From assembly GCA_964633415.1 (NCBI GenBank), contig CAZWFY010000006.1:6099-70098 (forward strand): a DNA stretch of 64,000 bases. Direction: 5' to 3'. Both the position numbers and the translations under genes were made by a program. Source of the stretch: an uncultured Clostridia bacterium (GTDB lineage: Bacteria; Acidobacteriota; Aminicenantia; UBA2199). The notes under the pieces were generated by a model that searched no databases, was not told where the DNA came from, and worked only from the letters and a program-made list of their open reading frames with translations. Below are positions 44,639-55,194 of this stretch, piece by piece. Position 1 is the first letter of the stretch; each line of letters opens with the position of its first letter.

Positions 44639-46864
44639 ATGGATAATATTGTTCTATTTTTAATTGCTCCGGTTTCGGCAGTTGTCGCTCTTCTCTTCGC
44701 ATATATATTTTATAAAAAAATAATGAAACTTGAAGAAGGAACCGACAAAATGATTGAGATAGCCGAAGCCGTAAGAAAGGGAGCTAAAGCTTATCTGAGA
44801 CAGCAGTATAAGATTGTTGCAATATTTTTTATTATTGCTTTTGTATTTCTCGGATTTCTTGCTTTCGGTCTTGGCGTTCAATCAAAATGGACACCTTTTG
44901 CTTTTCTGACAGGTGGATTTTTCTCAGGACTTGCCGGTTTTATCGGAATGATAACGGCAACTCTTGCTTCTGCAAGAACAACAAATCAAGCAAGAGAATC
45001 ACTTGATAAAGCTCTAAAAGTAGCATTCCGAAGCGGTGCGGTTATGGGTTTGATTGTTGTCGGACTCGGACTTCTTGATGTTGCCATATGGTTTACGGTT
45101 CTTCATATATGGTTGAAGAACAGCCTTGTAGTTACGACGGTTACAATGCTCTCTTTTGGAATGGGAGCTTCACTTCAAGCTCTTTTCGCAAGAGTAGGTG
45201 GCGGAATATTTACTAAAGCAGCAGATGTCGGAGCTGATCTTGTGGGAAAAGTTGAAGCGGGAATTCCTGAAGATGATCCGAGAAACCCTGCAACAATTGC
45301 TGATAATGTAGGTGATAATGTTGGTGATGTTGCCGGAATGGGAGCTGATCTGTATGAATCCTATGCAGGATCAATTCTGGCATCGGCAGCACTCGGTGCA
45401 TCGGCTTTTCTTGCGATAAGCAAAAATTTGCAGTTTAATGCAGTAATACTTCCCATGCTGATTGCAGGTATAGGAATTATTGCTTCGATTATAGGTATTT
45501 TCCTTGTCAGAACAAAAGAGGGTGCTTCGCAAAAGCAGCTTTTAAAGTCTCTTGGATTCGGAATCAATGTAAGCTCTTTTCTGATAATCATAGGATCTTT
45601 CTTTTCCGTAAAAATGCTTCTTCCTCAATATATGGGAATATTCGGATCGATTGTTGTAGGTTTGATTGTGGGACTTATTGTAGGTAAAAGTGTTGAATAT
45701 TACACTTCTGCCGGGTATAAACCTACTCAGAAAGTTTCCGAGAGTGCTCAGACAGGTGAGGCAACCGTTATAATTACGGGACTTGCTTCCGGTATGATCT
45801 CTACAGCAATCCCTGTTTTAGCCATCGCTTTCGGAATAATCGGTGCATTCGCTTTTGCCGGAGGTTTCACAAAGGTAATGATGGGTCTATACGGAATAGG
45901 AATTGCTGCCGTAGGTATGCTTTCTACTCTCGGAATTACTCTTGCGACCGATGCATACGGACCGATCGCTGATAATGCAGGCGGTAATGCTGAAATGGCA
46001 GGACTTGATGAAGTTGTAAGAGAGAGAACCGATGCTCTTGATTCACTCGGCAATACTACTGCTGCAACTGGGAAAGGATTTGCAATCGGTTCTGCTGCTC
46101 TTACTGCTCTTGCTCTTCTTGCAGCATATATTGAAGAGATTAAAATGGGAATGCTTCATATAATTAAAAACGGTGGTGTCGAAGCGTTACCTGATAAAAT
46201 AGTTGCGGGAATAAATAAATTTGTTGTTTCCGGTGCGACGGATATAACCGATAAAATAAAACATATTACAATTGATCAGTTTATGGGTATCTTTAAAGTT
46301 GATCTGATGAATCCGAAAGTAATTGTCGGAATCTTTATCGGATCAATGATGGCTTTTCTATTCTCAGGTTTAACAATGCTTGCAGTTGGAAGAGCTGCCG
46401 GTGCAATGGTTGATGAAGTCAGAAGGCAGTTCAGGGAAATAAAGGGAATCCTTGAAGGTACAGCTACTCCCGATTATCAGAGATGTGTTCTTATTTCTAC
46501 AATGGGTGCACAGAGAGAGATGATTCTGCCCTCGACTTTGGCAATAACAATTCCTATAATCACAGGTCTTATACTTGGCGTTTCAGGTGTGATGGGACTT
46601 CTTGTCGGTGCTCTCGGTTCCGGATTCGTTCTCGCGATCTTTATGGCAAACGCCGGCGGATCATGGGATAATGCAAAAAAATATATTGAACAGGGTCATT
46701 ATGGAGGAAAAGGTTCCAGTGCTCATAAAGCCGGTGTTGTTGGCGATACAGTAGGTGATCCTTTGAAAGATACTTCAGGACCGTCATTAAATATACTTAT
46801 AAAATTAATGAGTATGATTTCAATTGTTGTAGCAGGATTGATTGTTGGATATTCACTTATGTAA
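44639..46864 (+). CDS. hppA: Membrane-bound proton/sodium-translocating pyrophosphatase.
   Basis: 741 aa with about 16 TM helices and the H+-PPase motifs GGG(I/L)[16 protein letters not shown] and [17 protein letters not shown]. Confidence 0.95.
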   Translation: MDNIVLFLIAPVSAVVALLFAYIFYKKIMKLEEGTDKMIEIAEAVRKGAKAYLRQQYKIVAIFFIIAFVFLGFLAFGLGVQSKWTPFAFLTGGFFSGLAGFIGMITATLASARTTNQARESLDKALKVAFRSGAVMGLIVVGLGLLDVAIWFTVLHIWLKNSLVVTTVTMLSFGMGASLQALFARVGGGIFTKAADVGADLVGKVEAGIPEDDPRNPATIADNVGDNVGDVAGMGADLYESYAGSILASAALGASAFLAISKNLQFNAVILPMLIAGIGIIASIIGIFLVRTKEGASQKQLLKSLGFGINVSSFLIIIGSFFSVKMLLPQYMGIFGSIVVGLIVGLIVGKSVEYYTSAGYKPTQKVSESAQTGEATVIITGLASGMISTAIPVLAIAFGIIGAFAFAGGFTKVMMGLYGIGIAAVGMLSTLGITLATDAYGPIADNAGGNAEMAGLDEVVRERTDALDSLGNTTAATGKGFAIGSAALTALALLAAYIEEIKMGMLHIIKNGGVEALPDKIVAGINKFVVSGATDITDKIKHITIDQFMGIFKVDLMNPKVIVGIFIGSMMAFLFSGLTMLAVGRAAGAMVDEVRRQFREIKGILEGTATPDYQRCVLISTMGAQREMILPSTLAITIPIITGLILGVSGVMGLLVGALGSGFVLAIFMANAGGSWDNAKKYIEQGHYGGKGSSAHKAGVVGDTVGDPLKDTSGPSLNILIKLMSMISIVVAGLIVGYSLM

Positions 46865-46876
46865 ATGATAGAATAA

Positions 46877-46907
46877 CTCCGGAGGGTAAAAAACCCTCCG
46901 GAGTTTT
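46877..46907 (+). terminator. Rho-independent terminator after hppA.
   Basis: CTCCGGAGGG-TAAAAAA-CCCTCCGGAG followed by TTTT. Confidence 0.6.
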
Positions 46908-46927
46908 AAATATTTAGGAGATTAATA

Positions 46928-47809
46928 ATGGAGGGAGTAAAAGATGTTGTATTGCCTTTTACTTTATTTAAAAAGGGTAAGGTAAGAGATGTATTTGAGT
47001 TTGAAGATAAGCTTTTAATAGTTTCAACTGACAGGATTTCAGCCTTTGACTTTATATTACCATCCATAATTCCGGATAAAGGAAAAATTTTAAACAAAAT
47101 TTCTTCTTTTTGGTTTAAATTAACATCTGAAAAGTTTACCAATCATATAGTTGATCATAACCCTTCCGGAATGGCTGAATTCAGTGAATTTAAAGATATA
47201 TTGTCCGGAAGATCCGTGCTTGTAAAAAAGCTTAAAACTTTTCCGGTTGAAGCAATTGTCAGGAATTATATTGTGGGTTCGGGATGGAAATCTTATACAA
47301 AATCGGGAGAAATATCAGGCGTTAAACTACCGGAAGGTCTTGTGTTCGGACAAAAATTTGGAGAACCGATATTTACTCCGACAACAAAAGCCGAAGAAGG
47401 ACATGATATGAATATCACTTTTAAAGAGATGAAAGATCAGATCGGATCCGAATATGCGGAAAAGATCAGAGAACTGTCGATCTCTCTCTTTAAAGAGGTA
47501 AGCTCAATTGCTATTAAAAAGGGAATTATTATTGCCGATACAAAATTTGAATTCGGAATGGATGAATCCGGAGATATTGTCGTTTGCGATGAGATTTTTA
47601 CTCCCGATTCATCAAGGTTCTGGAAACTGGAAGATTATAAAGAAGGAGAAGAACCACCATCTTTTGATAAGCAGTTTGTAAGAAATTTCCTTCTCAATTC
47701 TAAATGGGACAGAAAATCCATACCTCCTCCTCTTCCGAAAAATGTAATCAATATGACAAGGGAAAAATATCTGGAGATTTACAAAATTCTCACGGGAGAA
47801 AACTTGTAG
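46928..47809 (+). CDS. purC: Phosphoribosylaminoimidazole-succinocarboxamide (SAICAR) synthase.
   Basis: GKVRDVFEFEDKLLIVSTDRISAFD is the PurC signature, 293 aa. Confidence 0.9.
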   Translation: MEGVKDVVLPFTLFKKGKVRDVFEFEDKLLIVSTDRISAFDFILPSIIPDKGKILNKISSFWFKLTSEKFTNHIVDHNPSGMAEFSEFKDILSGRSVLVKKLKTFPVEAIVRNYIVGSGWKSYTKSGEISGVKLPEGLVFGQKFGEPIFTPTTKAEEGHDMNITFKEMKDQIGSEYAEKIRELSISLFKEVSSIAIKKGIIIADTKFEFGMDESGDIVVCDEIFTPDSSRFWKLEDYKEGEEPPSFDKQFVRNFLLNSKWDRKSIPPPLPKNVINMTREKYLEIYKILTGENL

Positions 47810-48306
47810 TGTCGGGATTAAATGTTCTTGATATTATTTTTATAGCTGTATTGCTGTTTTCTGCTTTATTTGGGGTTTTCAGAGGGTTTATCAAAGAGGT
47901 TCTTTCACTGATCTTTCTAATTCTTTCACTTTTACTTGGTATTGTTTTTTATTCGGATGCCGGGAGATTGTTTCAGAGTTTTTTTAAAAGCAAGCAACTT
48001 TCAAATATTGCAGGATTTATTGCCGTTTCATCATTAGTCTTGATAACCGGATATATATTGACATATTTTACTAGAAAAGTTTTAAGGATAGGACCGATTA
48101 AATCAATAGACAGACTACTCGGTGGAGTTTTCGGTGTGATACGCGGGATTTTAATCTCCGCTGTAATTCTTTTTGCAATTGTCTATCTACCTTTAAAAAA
48201 AGATATTATTATCGGTTCGAAATTATCTCCTTATTTGTATGATATAGTTAAGATTATTAAAGGTTATCTTCCTGAAAATCTTGAAGATCTGTTAAAGGGA
48301 ATATGA
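47809..48306 (+). CDS. cvpA: CvpA-family membrane protein (colicin V production protein homologue).
   Basis: The GTG start overlaps the purC stop (TAGTG). The translation reads VSGLNVLDIIFIAVLLFSALFGVFRGFIKEV with 4 TM helices. The longer ORF-track extension lies inside purC and is rejected. Confidence 0.65.
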   Translation: MSGLNVLDIIFIAVLLFSALFGVFRGFIKEVLSLIFLILSLLLGIVFYSDAGRLFQSFFKSKQLSNIAGFIAVSSLVLITGYILTYFTRKVLRIGPIKSIDRLLGGVFGVIRGILISAVILFAIVYLPLKKDIIIGSKLSPYLYDIVKIIKGYLPENLEDLLKGI

Positions 48307-48575
48307 AAGATAAAAAAATAATAGAATTAGCTGAAAGATTTGATGATCTTACATTAAAAAAGCAGATGAAATTATTGTGTTACAAAGCTGCGAATTCAAA
48401 ATCTATTTTTTATAAAGAAATTTTAAAAGAATTTGAGAAAACACTTTTACAGTCATATCTTGATAAATATGAAAATAATATATCTCGAATGTCTCTCGGG
48501 ATAAAAATACATAGAAATACGATTAGAAATAAAATGAAAATTTTGAAAATCAAAGAAAAGAAGAGAAAACAGTAG
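48303..48575 (+). CDS. Small Fis-type helix-turn-helix DNA-binding protein.
   Basis: The C-terminus NNISRMSLGIKIHRNTIRNKMKILKI matches the Fis/NtrC HTH_8 pattern. 90 aa, start overlapping the cvpA stop. Confidence 0.5.
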   Translation: MKDKKIIELAERFDDLTLKKQMKLLCYKAANSKSIFYKEILKEFEKTLLQSYLDKYENNISRMSLGIKIHRNTIRNKMKILKIKEKKRKQ

Positions 48576-48646
48576 TATATTAAAGAATATAAAAGAAACA
48601 AACATATAATACGCATTTAACATCCCATATATGGTGAAATTCTGAT

Positions 48647-50345
<1,699 letters not shown>

Positions 50346-50366
50346 ATTATCACTTTAAATAGAAAA

Positions 50367-50397
50367 GCCTCTCCGATTTCGGGGAGGCTTTTTTTTT
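50367..50397 (+). terminator. Rho-independent terminator after groEL.
   Basis: GCCTCTCCG-ATTT-CGGGGAGGC followed by a T9 run. Confidence 0.55.
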
Positions 50398-50413
50398 GTA
50401 TTCTAAAAAAGTA

Positions 50414-50441
50414 TTGACATATTTTCAAAATTTTGTATAAT
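50414..50441 (+). promoter_or_regulatory. Near-consensus promoter TTGACA-16-TATAAT for the tRNA-Gln/tRNA-Glu pair.
   Basis: TTGACA at 50414-50419 and TATAAT at 50436-50441. tRNA-Gln starts 11 nt downstream. Confidence 0.5.
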
Positions 50442-50451
50442 TTTTTTGGAC

Positions 50452-50526
50452 TGGGAAGTCGTCTAATTGGCAGGACATATGACTCTGGATCATAGAGTTG
50501 GGGTTCGAGTCCCTGCTTCCCAGCCA
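50452..50526 (+). tRNA. tRNA-Gln (CTG).
   Basis: TGGGAAGTCGTCTAATTGGCAGGACATATGACTCTGGATCATAGAGTTGGGGTTCGAGTCCCTGCTTCCCAGCCA. The U1 start and ...CCAGCCA end are typical of bacterial tRNA-Gln. The anticodon loop is CTCTGGA. Confidence 0.8.
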
Positions 50527-50537
50527 TTTTTTTTTAT

Positions 50538-50609
50538 GGCCCTATCGTCTAGTGGTTAGGACGGGTGATTCTCAGTCATCAAACCGGGGTTCGACTCCCC
50601 GTAGGGCTG
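50538..50609 (+). tRNA. tRNA-Glu (CTC).
   Basis: GGCCCTATCGTCTAGTGGTTAGGACGGGTGATTCTCAGTCATCAAACCGGGGTTCGACTCCCCGTAGGGCTG. The anticodon loop TTCTCAG gives CTC. No CCA is encoded. Confidence 0.75.
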
Positions 50610-50735
50610 GAAAAATCCGATTACCGGTTTGTGTGGATTATTTAATCTGACTCATCAAGTGTGATACTCTAATTCTATTATCTTTTTTGCTTTGAAGAAA
50701 TATATGTGATAACATTTTTTCAGGAGTTTTAAATA

Positions 50736-51080
50736 ATGCTCGGATCCATAGGCTTCCCTGAAATTGTTATGATTATGCTTGTTATTCTTATGCTTTTTGG
50801 TCCGAAAAAATTACCTGAGATTGCAAAACTGCTCGGATCAACAATCAGAGAATTCAAAAAGACCGTTAACGATGCCAAAGCGTCAATACAAGAGGAGTTG
50901 GAAAAAACTGATATATCCGAAGATCTGGTAAACCTAAAAGATGATCTCAAAGAGATCTCCAATATAAAAAATACAATAACAAAAAATATAATTGATGGAA
51001 TAGATATCCCTGATCCGACAAAGGATGAAGTTGAACCTCAAGATATAAAGGAGAAAAAGGGTGAAAAGAAAAAAGAGTGA
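50736..51080 (+). CDS. tatA: Twin-arginine translocase subunit TatA/TatB family.
   Basis: MLGSIGFPEIVMIMLVILMLFGPKKLPEIAKLLG (TM helix plus amphipathic helix) and an acidic tail. Confidence 0.8.
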   Translation: MLGSIGFPEIVMIMLVILMLFGPKKLPEIAKLLGSTIREFKKTVNDAKASIQEELEKTDISEDLVNLKDDLKEISNIKNTITKNIIDGIDIPDPTKDEVEPQDIKEKKGEKKKE

Positions 51081-51081
51081 T

Positions 51082-51789
51082 ATGACTTTTTTCGAACATC
51101 TTGGGGAACTTAGAAAAAGGATTCTATTTTCATTTCTTTTTATCTTTATCTTTTTTCTCGTTTCATGGAGTTTTGTCGATAAATTATATCAATGGTTATC
51201 CGTTCCGGTTCTACAATTTTTACCTAAAGGAGAAAAATTGGCTTTCACTTCGCTTACCGAGCCTTTCATGATGTATATAAAAATATCCTTTATTTCAGGA
51301 TTATTTCTCGCATCTCCTTTTATATTTTATCAACTGTGGGCTTTTATTTCTCCGGGTCTTTATAAGAAAGAAAAAAAAATGGTTTTCCCATTTGTTTTAT
51401 CAACGACATTTTTTTTTACATTAGGCGGAGCTTTCGGATATTATTATGTTTTCCCATGGGCATGCAAATTTTTTCTTCATATAGGTTCTGATTTCAAAGC
51501 AATTATTACAATAAATGAATATTTTTCTCTTGCATTTAGGGTTTTAATTGGAATTGCAGTCATTTTCGAATTGCCTGTTCTTTCATATTTACTTGCTAAG
51601 CTTGGTTTGATTTCTGCAAAATTTATGATTAAATATTTTAAATATGCAATAGTAATTATATTTATTATAGCTGCTGTAATTACTCCGACACCGGATATTG
51701 CCACACAATCAATGTTTGCGGTTCCAATGATTCTTTTATATCTTCTTAGTATATTGATAGTAAAAATATCAGGTTCAAAAAAAAGTTAA
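51082..51789 (+). CDS. tatC: Twin-arginine translocase subunit TatC.
   Basis: MTFFEHLGELRKRI is the canonical TatC N-terminus, followed by 6 TM helices. The ORF-track start at 51061 lies upstream in frame. Confidence 0.85.
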   Translation: MTFFEHLGELRKRILFSFLFIFIFFLVSWSFVDKLYQWLSVPVLQFLPKGEKLAFTSLTEPFMMYIKISFISGLFLASPFIFYQLWAFISPGLYKKEKKMVFPFVLSTTFFFTLGGAFGYYYVFPWACKFFLHIGSDFKAIITINEYFSLAFRVLIGIAVIFELPVLSYLLAKLGLISAKFMIKYFKYAIVIIFIIAAVITPTPDIATQSMFAVPMILLYLLSILIVKISGSKKS

Positions 51790-51793
51790 GTTT

Positions 51794-51831
51794 AAAAAAA
51801 ACCGCCCGTTTTCAGACGGACGGTTTTTTTT
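51794..51831. terminator. Bidirectional rho-independent terminator between tatC and the convergent sulfur-relay operon.
   Basis: AAAAAAACCGCCCGT-TTTCAG-ACGGACGGTTTTTTTT. Confidence 0.6.
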
Positions 51832-51843
51832 ATCCTAAGAAAA

Positions 51844-52329
51844 TTATGTGAAAATTATCTGACCACCACCGGCTTTCTCATAAAATTCACCGATCGTAAG
51901 AATACCGTCAAGATCATCGTACAGATCTTCTCTTTTTAATTTAAACATATCAACTGCAAGTTTGCATCCGTACATTTTAGCACCTGATGCATGGATCATA
52001 TCGAGGAATTCTTCAACGGGAGGAATATCAAGCTTTTCCATCTCTTTTCTCATCATTGCAGATACACCGGCTTCAACTCCGGGTAAAATTCCGAGTAGAG
52101 TAGGGAAAGGAAGTCCTCCGGGCATTGCCATAGAAGGATTACCAACTGTCGCTGTATGAAGCTTATTCATCTTTTTCTTTGTGATCGCATCCAGTCCGAA
52201 AAACGTGAAGAAAATATTGGCCTCAATCCCCTCCATTCTTGCACCGTTTGTCATTACAAGAGAAGCATAAACATCTTCAAGTGTTCCTTTTGCACAAATA
52301 ACAGAAACCTTTTTTATTTTTTCAGACAT
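51844..52329 (-). CDS. DsrE2-like (DsrE/DsrF family) putative sulfurtransferase.
   Basis: Start at MSEKIKK (AAGGAG RBS). About 161 aa with Cys in VSVICAKGT and YGCKLAV. The size and profile match the DsrE2 proteins of hdr-like/sulfur-oxidation loci. Confidence 0.65.
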   Translation of the reverse strand: MSEKIKKVSVICAKGTLEDVYASLVMTNGARMEGIEANIFFTFFGLDAITKKKMNKLHTATVGNPSMAMPGGLPFPTLLGILPGVEAGVSAMMRKEMEKLDIPPVEEFLDMIHASGAKMYGCKLAVDMFKLKREDLYDDLDGILTIGEFYEKAGGGQIIFT

Positions 52330-52339
52330 TTCATCTCCT

Positions 52340-52654
52340 TTAAACACATCCGGAAGGTTTCTGCACTCCGGATATTAATGTGGCTTTTTTTAACGGTCCA
52401 TCGGGAAAAAGCTCATAAAATGTTTTAATATCAACCACTCCGGATTTACCCACTTTTCTAATTGAGAGTGATATTCCTTCTTTTACACTTTTCTGGATAT
52501 ATTCAATCACTTCCCAATGCTTTTGGGTCAATTCACCGATCCCATTCTCCTTTGCAAGAGCAATTGCCAGATCTTTGCTCCATTGGTCAAAATCAGTCAT
52601 ATAGCCGCTTTCATCCACATCAATAGTGAATCCGCCTATCTCTTTTGTTGCCAT
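52340..52654 (-). CDS. DsrC/TusE-family sulfur-relay protein.
   Basis: 104 aa reading IDVDESGYMTDFDQWSKDLAIALAKENGIGELTQKHWEVIEYIQ...FYELFPDGPLKKATLISGVQKPSGCV. It has the family-defining C-terminal KPxGCV arm with a single penultimate Cys (TusE-like). Confidence 0.75.
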   Translation of the reverse strand: MATKEIGGFTIDVDESGYMTDFDQWSKDLAIALAKENGIGELTQKHWEVIEYIQKSVKEGISLSIRKVGKSGVVDIKTFYELFPDGPLKKATLISGVQKPSGCV

Positions 52655-52677
52655 TACATTACCTCCTTATTAATATT

Positions 52678-53358
52678 TTATTTTTCAGTATAATGTTTTG
52701 ATACAATTTTTGCCATATCCAATGCATAATCAAGACTTTTTAAAACCATTGGATCTTTGGCTTTTTTAAAAATTTTAAATAATGACACTTTTTTATTCTT
52801 ATCTTTTTTATATGATTCAATTTCATCATATATACTAGTAAGTCTTTCAATATTTTCCCTGTTTGATAATTTTTTTGCTATTCTGATTATTAAAGCTATA
52901 GCTTTGCCGAAATTATCCACATCTTCAGGGTTAATACTCTCACTTAACTCTCCGGCTGTTATAACTGTCTGTTTTAATGATGCAAGGATACCTTTCTGCT
53001 CCAGAGCATAAATTTTATCCGTGATATCACCGAATATCTCTTTTGAAAGCGGTCTTAAATCGTCAAGAAATTCATTGACGCTCTGTAACTGATCAACCAT
53101 TTTTGACATATTATTAATGTTCCGGAGCAGCTTCTTTATCATTGAAAGAAGATCATTACTCCGGAAATGAAAATCCACTTCAGACATAAATTCAACTAAT
53201 TCATTAAATGCATCTTTGGTAAACAGAGAGACATCCTCCTTCATGTCATCTATAGATTTAAGCTTGGAAGTCAGGAGAAGAATCTCTTTCGTCAAAAAAT
53301 CAACTTTTTCCGTTAACACCCTTATTTCGTCTTTCATTTTAATTCCTAAACCTTCCAT
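52678..53358 (-). CDS. Hypothetical helical protein, DUF1641-like.
   Basis: 226 aa, all-helical and charged, sandwiched between SQR and TusE in the same operon. Its start is either ATG 53358 (13-nt overlap with SQR) or ATG 53337. Confidence 0.45.
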   Translation of the reverse strand: MEGLGIKMKDEIRVLTEKVDFLTKEILLLTSKLKSIDDMKEDVSLFTKDAFNELVEFMSEVDFHFRSNDLLSMIKKLLRNINNMSKMVDQLQSVNEFLDDLRPLSKEIFGDITDKIYALEQKGILASLKQTVITAGELSESINPEDVDNFGKAIALIIRIAKKLSNRENIERLTSIYDEIESYKKDKNKKVSLFKIFKKAKDPMVLKSLDYALDMAKIVSKHYTEK

Positions 53359-54578
53359 TTCCCTTTAAGAGACATCTGAGCTTCCAACGGAAGTTCTCCT
53401 CCTCTCATTAAAATATTCCAGTATATCCATCTGAACATCATTTTTCCCCAGTGATTCATTTTTGTCTCTTCAAGAAGTGAAAACGGTCCGAAACCCGGAA
53501 CAGGGAATTTTCCGGGAAGAGGTTCCGTATCATAGTTAAAATCGATCAATATTCCCTTGCCGAATCCGGATTCGATATAACAGTTTGCATGTCCGTCAAA
53601 TTCATTTAATAGTTCTTTGTCATCCATTCTTCTTATAAGATTGTTCACAAGAATTTCGGATTCAAAGTGGGCAACTGACCCTGCTTTTGAACTCGGTAAA
53701 TTTGTAGCATCACCGACAACAAATATATTATCTTTTATCTTTGATAGAAGTGTGTGCTTCTCAGTCGGAACAAAATTAAGATCATCGCCGATTCCCGATC
53801 TTGCTATTACCGAAGAACCCATATTTGTCGGAATGGAAATAAGCAGATCATAATCGATCTCTTTTTTTTCATAGGACTTAATAATGTTTTTTTCAGAATC
53901 TACAGAACTAATATTAAAATCCGAAGTCACATTGATATTCTTCTTTTCAACTATTTCTCCAAGATATTTTGAAGCAATCGGCTTTGTAAAGACGCCTGAT
54001 AATGGAGTAACAAATTCAATTTCGACTTTATCCCTTAATCCGTTAACAGTAAACCACCAGTCTGCAAGGAATACAAATTCCAGAGGAGCAACAGGGCATT
54101 TTATCGGCATCTCGGCAATGTTTAATACCATCTTCCCGCCTTTCCAATATCTCAGGAATCCGGCAAGGTTAGAAGCACCTTCGGGAGTATAAAAATCAAA
54201 AATATTTTTTTCCCATCCTGAACCGTTTAAACCTTCTATCTCTTCAGGAGCAATTTTGCTGCCTGTAGCTATTATTAGAAAATCATAATTAATCTTCCTG
54301 TTATCTTCAAGCACTACACGGTTTTTGTCATATTCGATTAAATTAACTTTTTCAAGAAGAAAAGTAGCACCGTTCGGAATATAATCACGTTTCGGTTTAT
54401 ATACCATATTTTGTGAATAGATACCGAATGGAATAAATAAAAATCCCGGCTGATAATAGTGAATATCAGAATGATCAATAATTGTTAGAGATATTTCATT
54501 CTCAGGCAACTCTTTAATAATTTTATTGGCTATCATTGTTCCTGCCGATCCAGCTCCGAGAATAACAATTTTTTTCAT
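53346..54578 (-). CDS. sqr: Sulfide:quinone oxidoreductase (FAD-dependent pyridine nucleotide-disulfide oxidoreductase, SQR family).
   Basis: N-terminal FAD fold KIVILGAGSAGTMIA. Conserved Cys in ...PIKCPVAPLE... and ...GHANCYIE... match the SQR redox cysteines. A second Rossmann VVGDATNLP follows. Confidence 0.8.
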   Translation of the reverse strand: MKKIVILGAGSAGTMIANKIIKELPENEISLTIIDHSDIHYYQPGFLFIPFGIYSQNMVYKPKRDYIPNGATFLLEKVNLIEYDKNRVVLEDNRKINYDFLIIATGSKIAPEEIEGLNGSGWEKNIFDFYTPEGASNLAGFLRYWKGGKMVLNIAEMPIKCPVAPLEFVFLADWWFTVNGLRDKVEIEFVTPLSGVFTKPIASKYLGEIVEKKNINVTSDFNISSVDSEKNIIKSYEKKEIDYDLLISIPTNMGSSVIARSGIGDDLNFVPTEKHTLLSKIKDNIFVVGDATNLPSSKAGSVAHFESEILVNNLIRRMDDKELLNEFDGHANCYIESGFGKGILIDFNYDTEPLPGKFPVPGFGPFSLLEETKMNHWGKMMFRWIYWNILMRGGELPLEAQMSLKGKWKV

Positions 54579-55027
54579 CTTATCTCCTTCAAATTTATAT
54601 CATATATTAATTTCTTTATATCTTCACAGGAAATCAGTTTCCGGTATACATCACAATCCCTGCAATCCGGTAAAGGGTTACTGCATTTTTCTTCCGTGCT
54701 CCAGCATGGCCTTAACCGGTTCTCATAAAATCTACACTTTTCCATGGTTTTTGTTCCGCATTTTCTCAATTTCCAGCATGGGATTATTGCCATGAGCTGC
54801 CTGATTCCTTCAAAATTCAAACCCTGTTCTTTAATCATTTTTTTTATACATTTCACCTTATCAAGTTCCATTTGAGAATATCTTCTTCTTCCGGTTTTAG
54901 TTTTATAAGAGAGAATAAGTCCTTCATTCTCATATTGACGGAATGAATGTGTGGAAATACCGAGTTTCTCGGAAGCAATACCAATTGTAAACACCGGATC
55001 ATAATAGTTAATTTCAGTAACGGTCAT
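54575..55027 (-). CDS. MerR-family transcriptional regulator with a nine-cysteine C-terminal domain.
   Basis: N-terminal MerR HTH (FTIGIASEKLGISTHSFRQYENEGLI...RRRYSQMELDKVKCIKKMIKEQGLNFEGIRQLM). The C-terminus is CWKLRKCGTKTMEKCRFYENRLRPCWSTEEKCSNPLPDCRDCDVYRKLISC. Its stop overlaps the sqr ATG (ATGA). Confidence 0.75.
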   Translation of the reverse strand: MTVTEINYYDPVFTIGIASEKLGISTHSFRQYENEGLILSYKTKTGRRRYSQMELDKVKCIKKMIKEQGLNFEGIRQLMAIIPCWKLRKCGTKTMEKCRFYENRLRPCWSTEEKCSNPLPDCRDCDVYRKLISCEDIKKLIYDINLKEIR

Positions 55028-55194
55028 TTTAACATTTTCCCTTCTAACGATATTATCTAATATATATTATATATATTATATAATCTAATATAATAAAAAA
55101 AAATATAGATGTCAAGGAATATGTTTGTTATTTAACAAATATTTTTCATTCTTTTAATAATCCTTTGTTTGTGCTAAGATTTACATAGCTCAAG

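Noticed and set aside
50452-50526. tRNA beginning with T, not G.
   Set aside because: Considered mis-bounded at first, but a U1-A72 pair with a ...CCAGCCA end is the norm for bacterial tRNA-Gln, so it is kept as a feature.
53617-54192. Plus-strand ORFs of 72-102 aa.
   Set aside because: They are antisense to the SQR gene, which has clear FAD-binding and redox-Cys motifs.
55040-55100. TATATATTATATATATTATATAAT-type repeats.
   Set aside because: This is a simple AT dinucleotide-like tract in a divergent promoter region. It is not a spaced direct-repeat array (CRISPR) and no cas genes are present.
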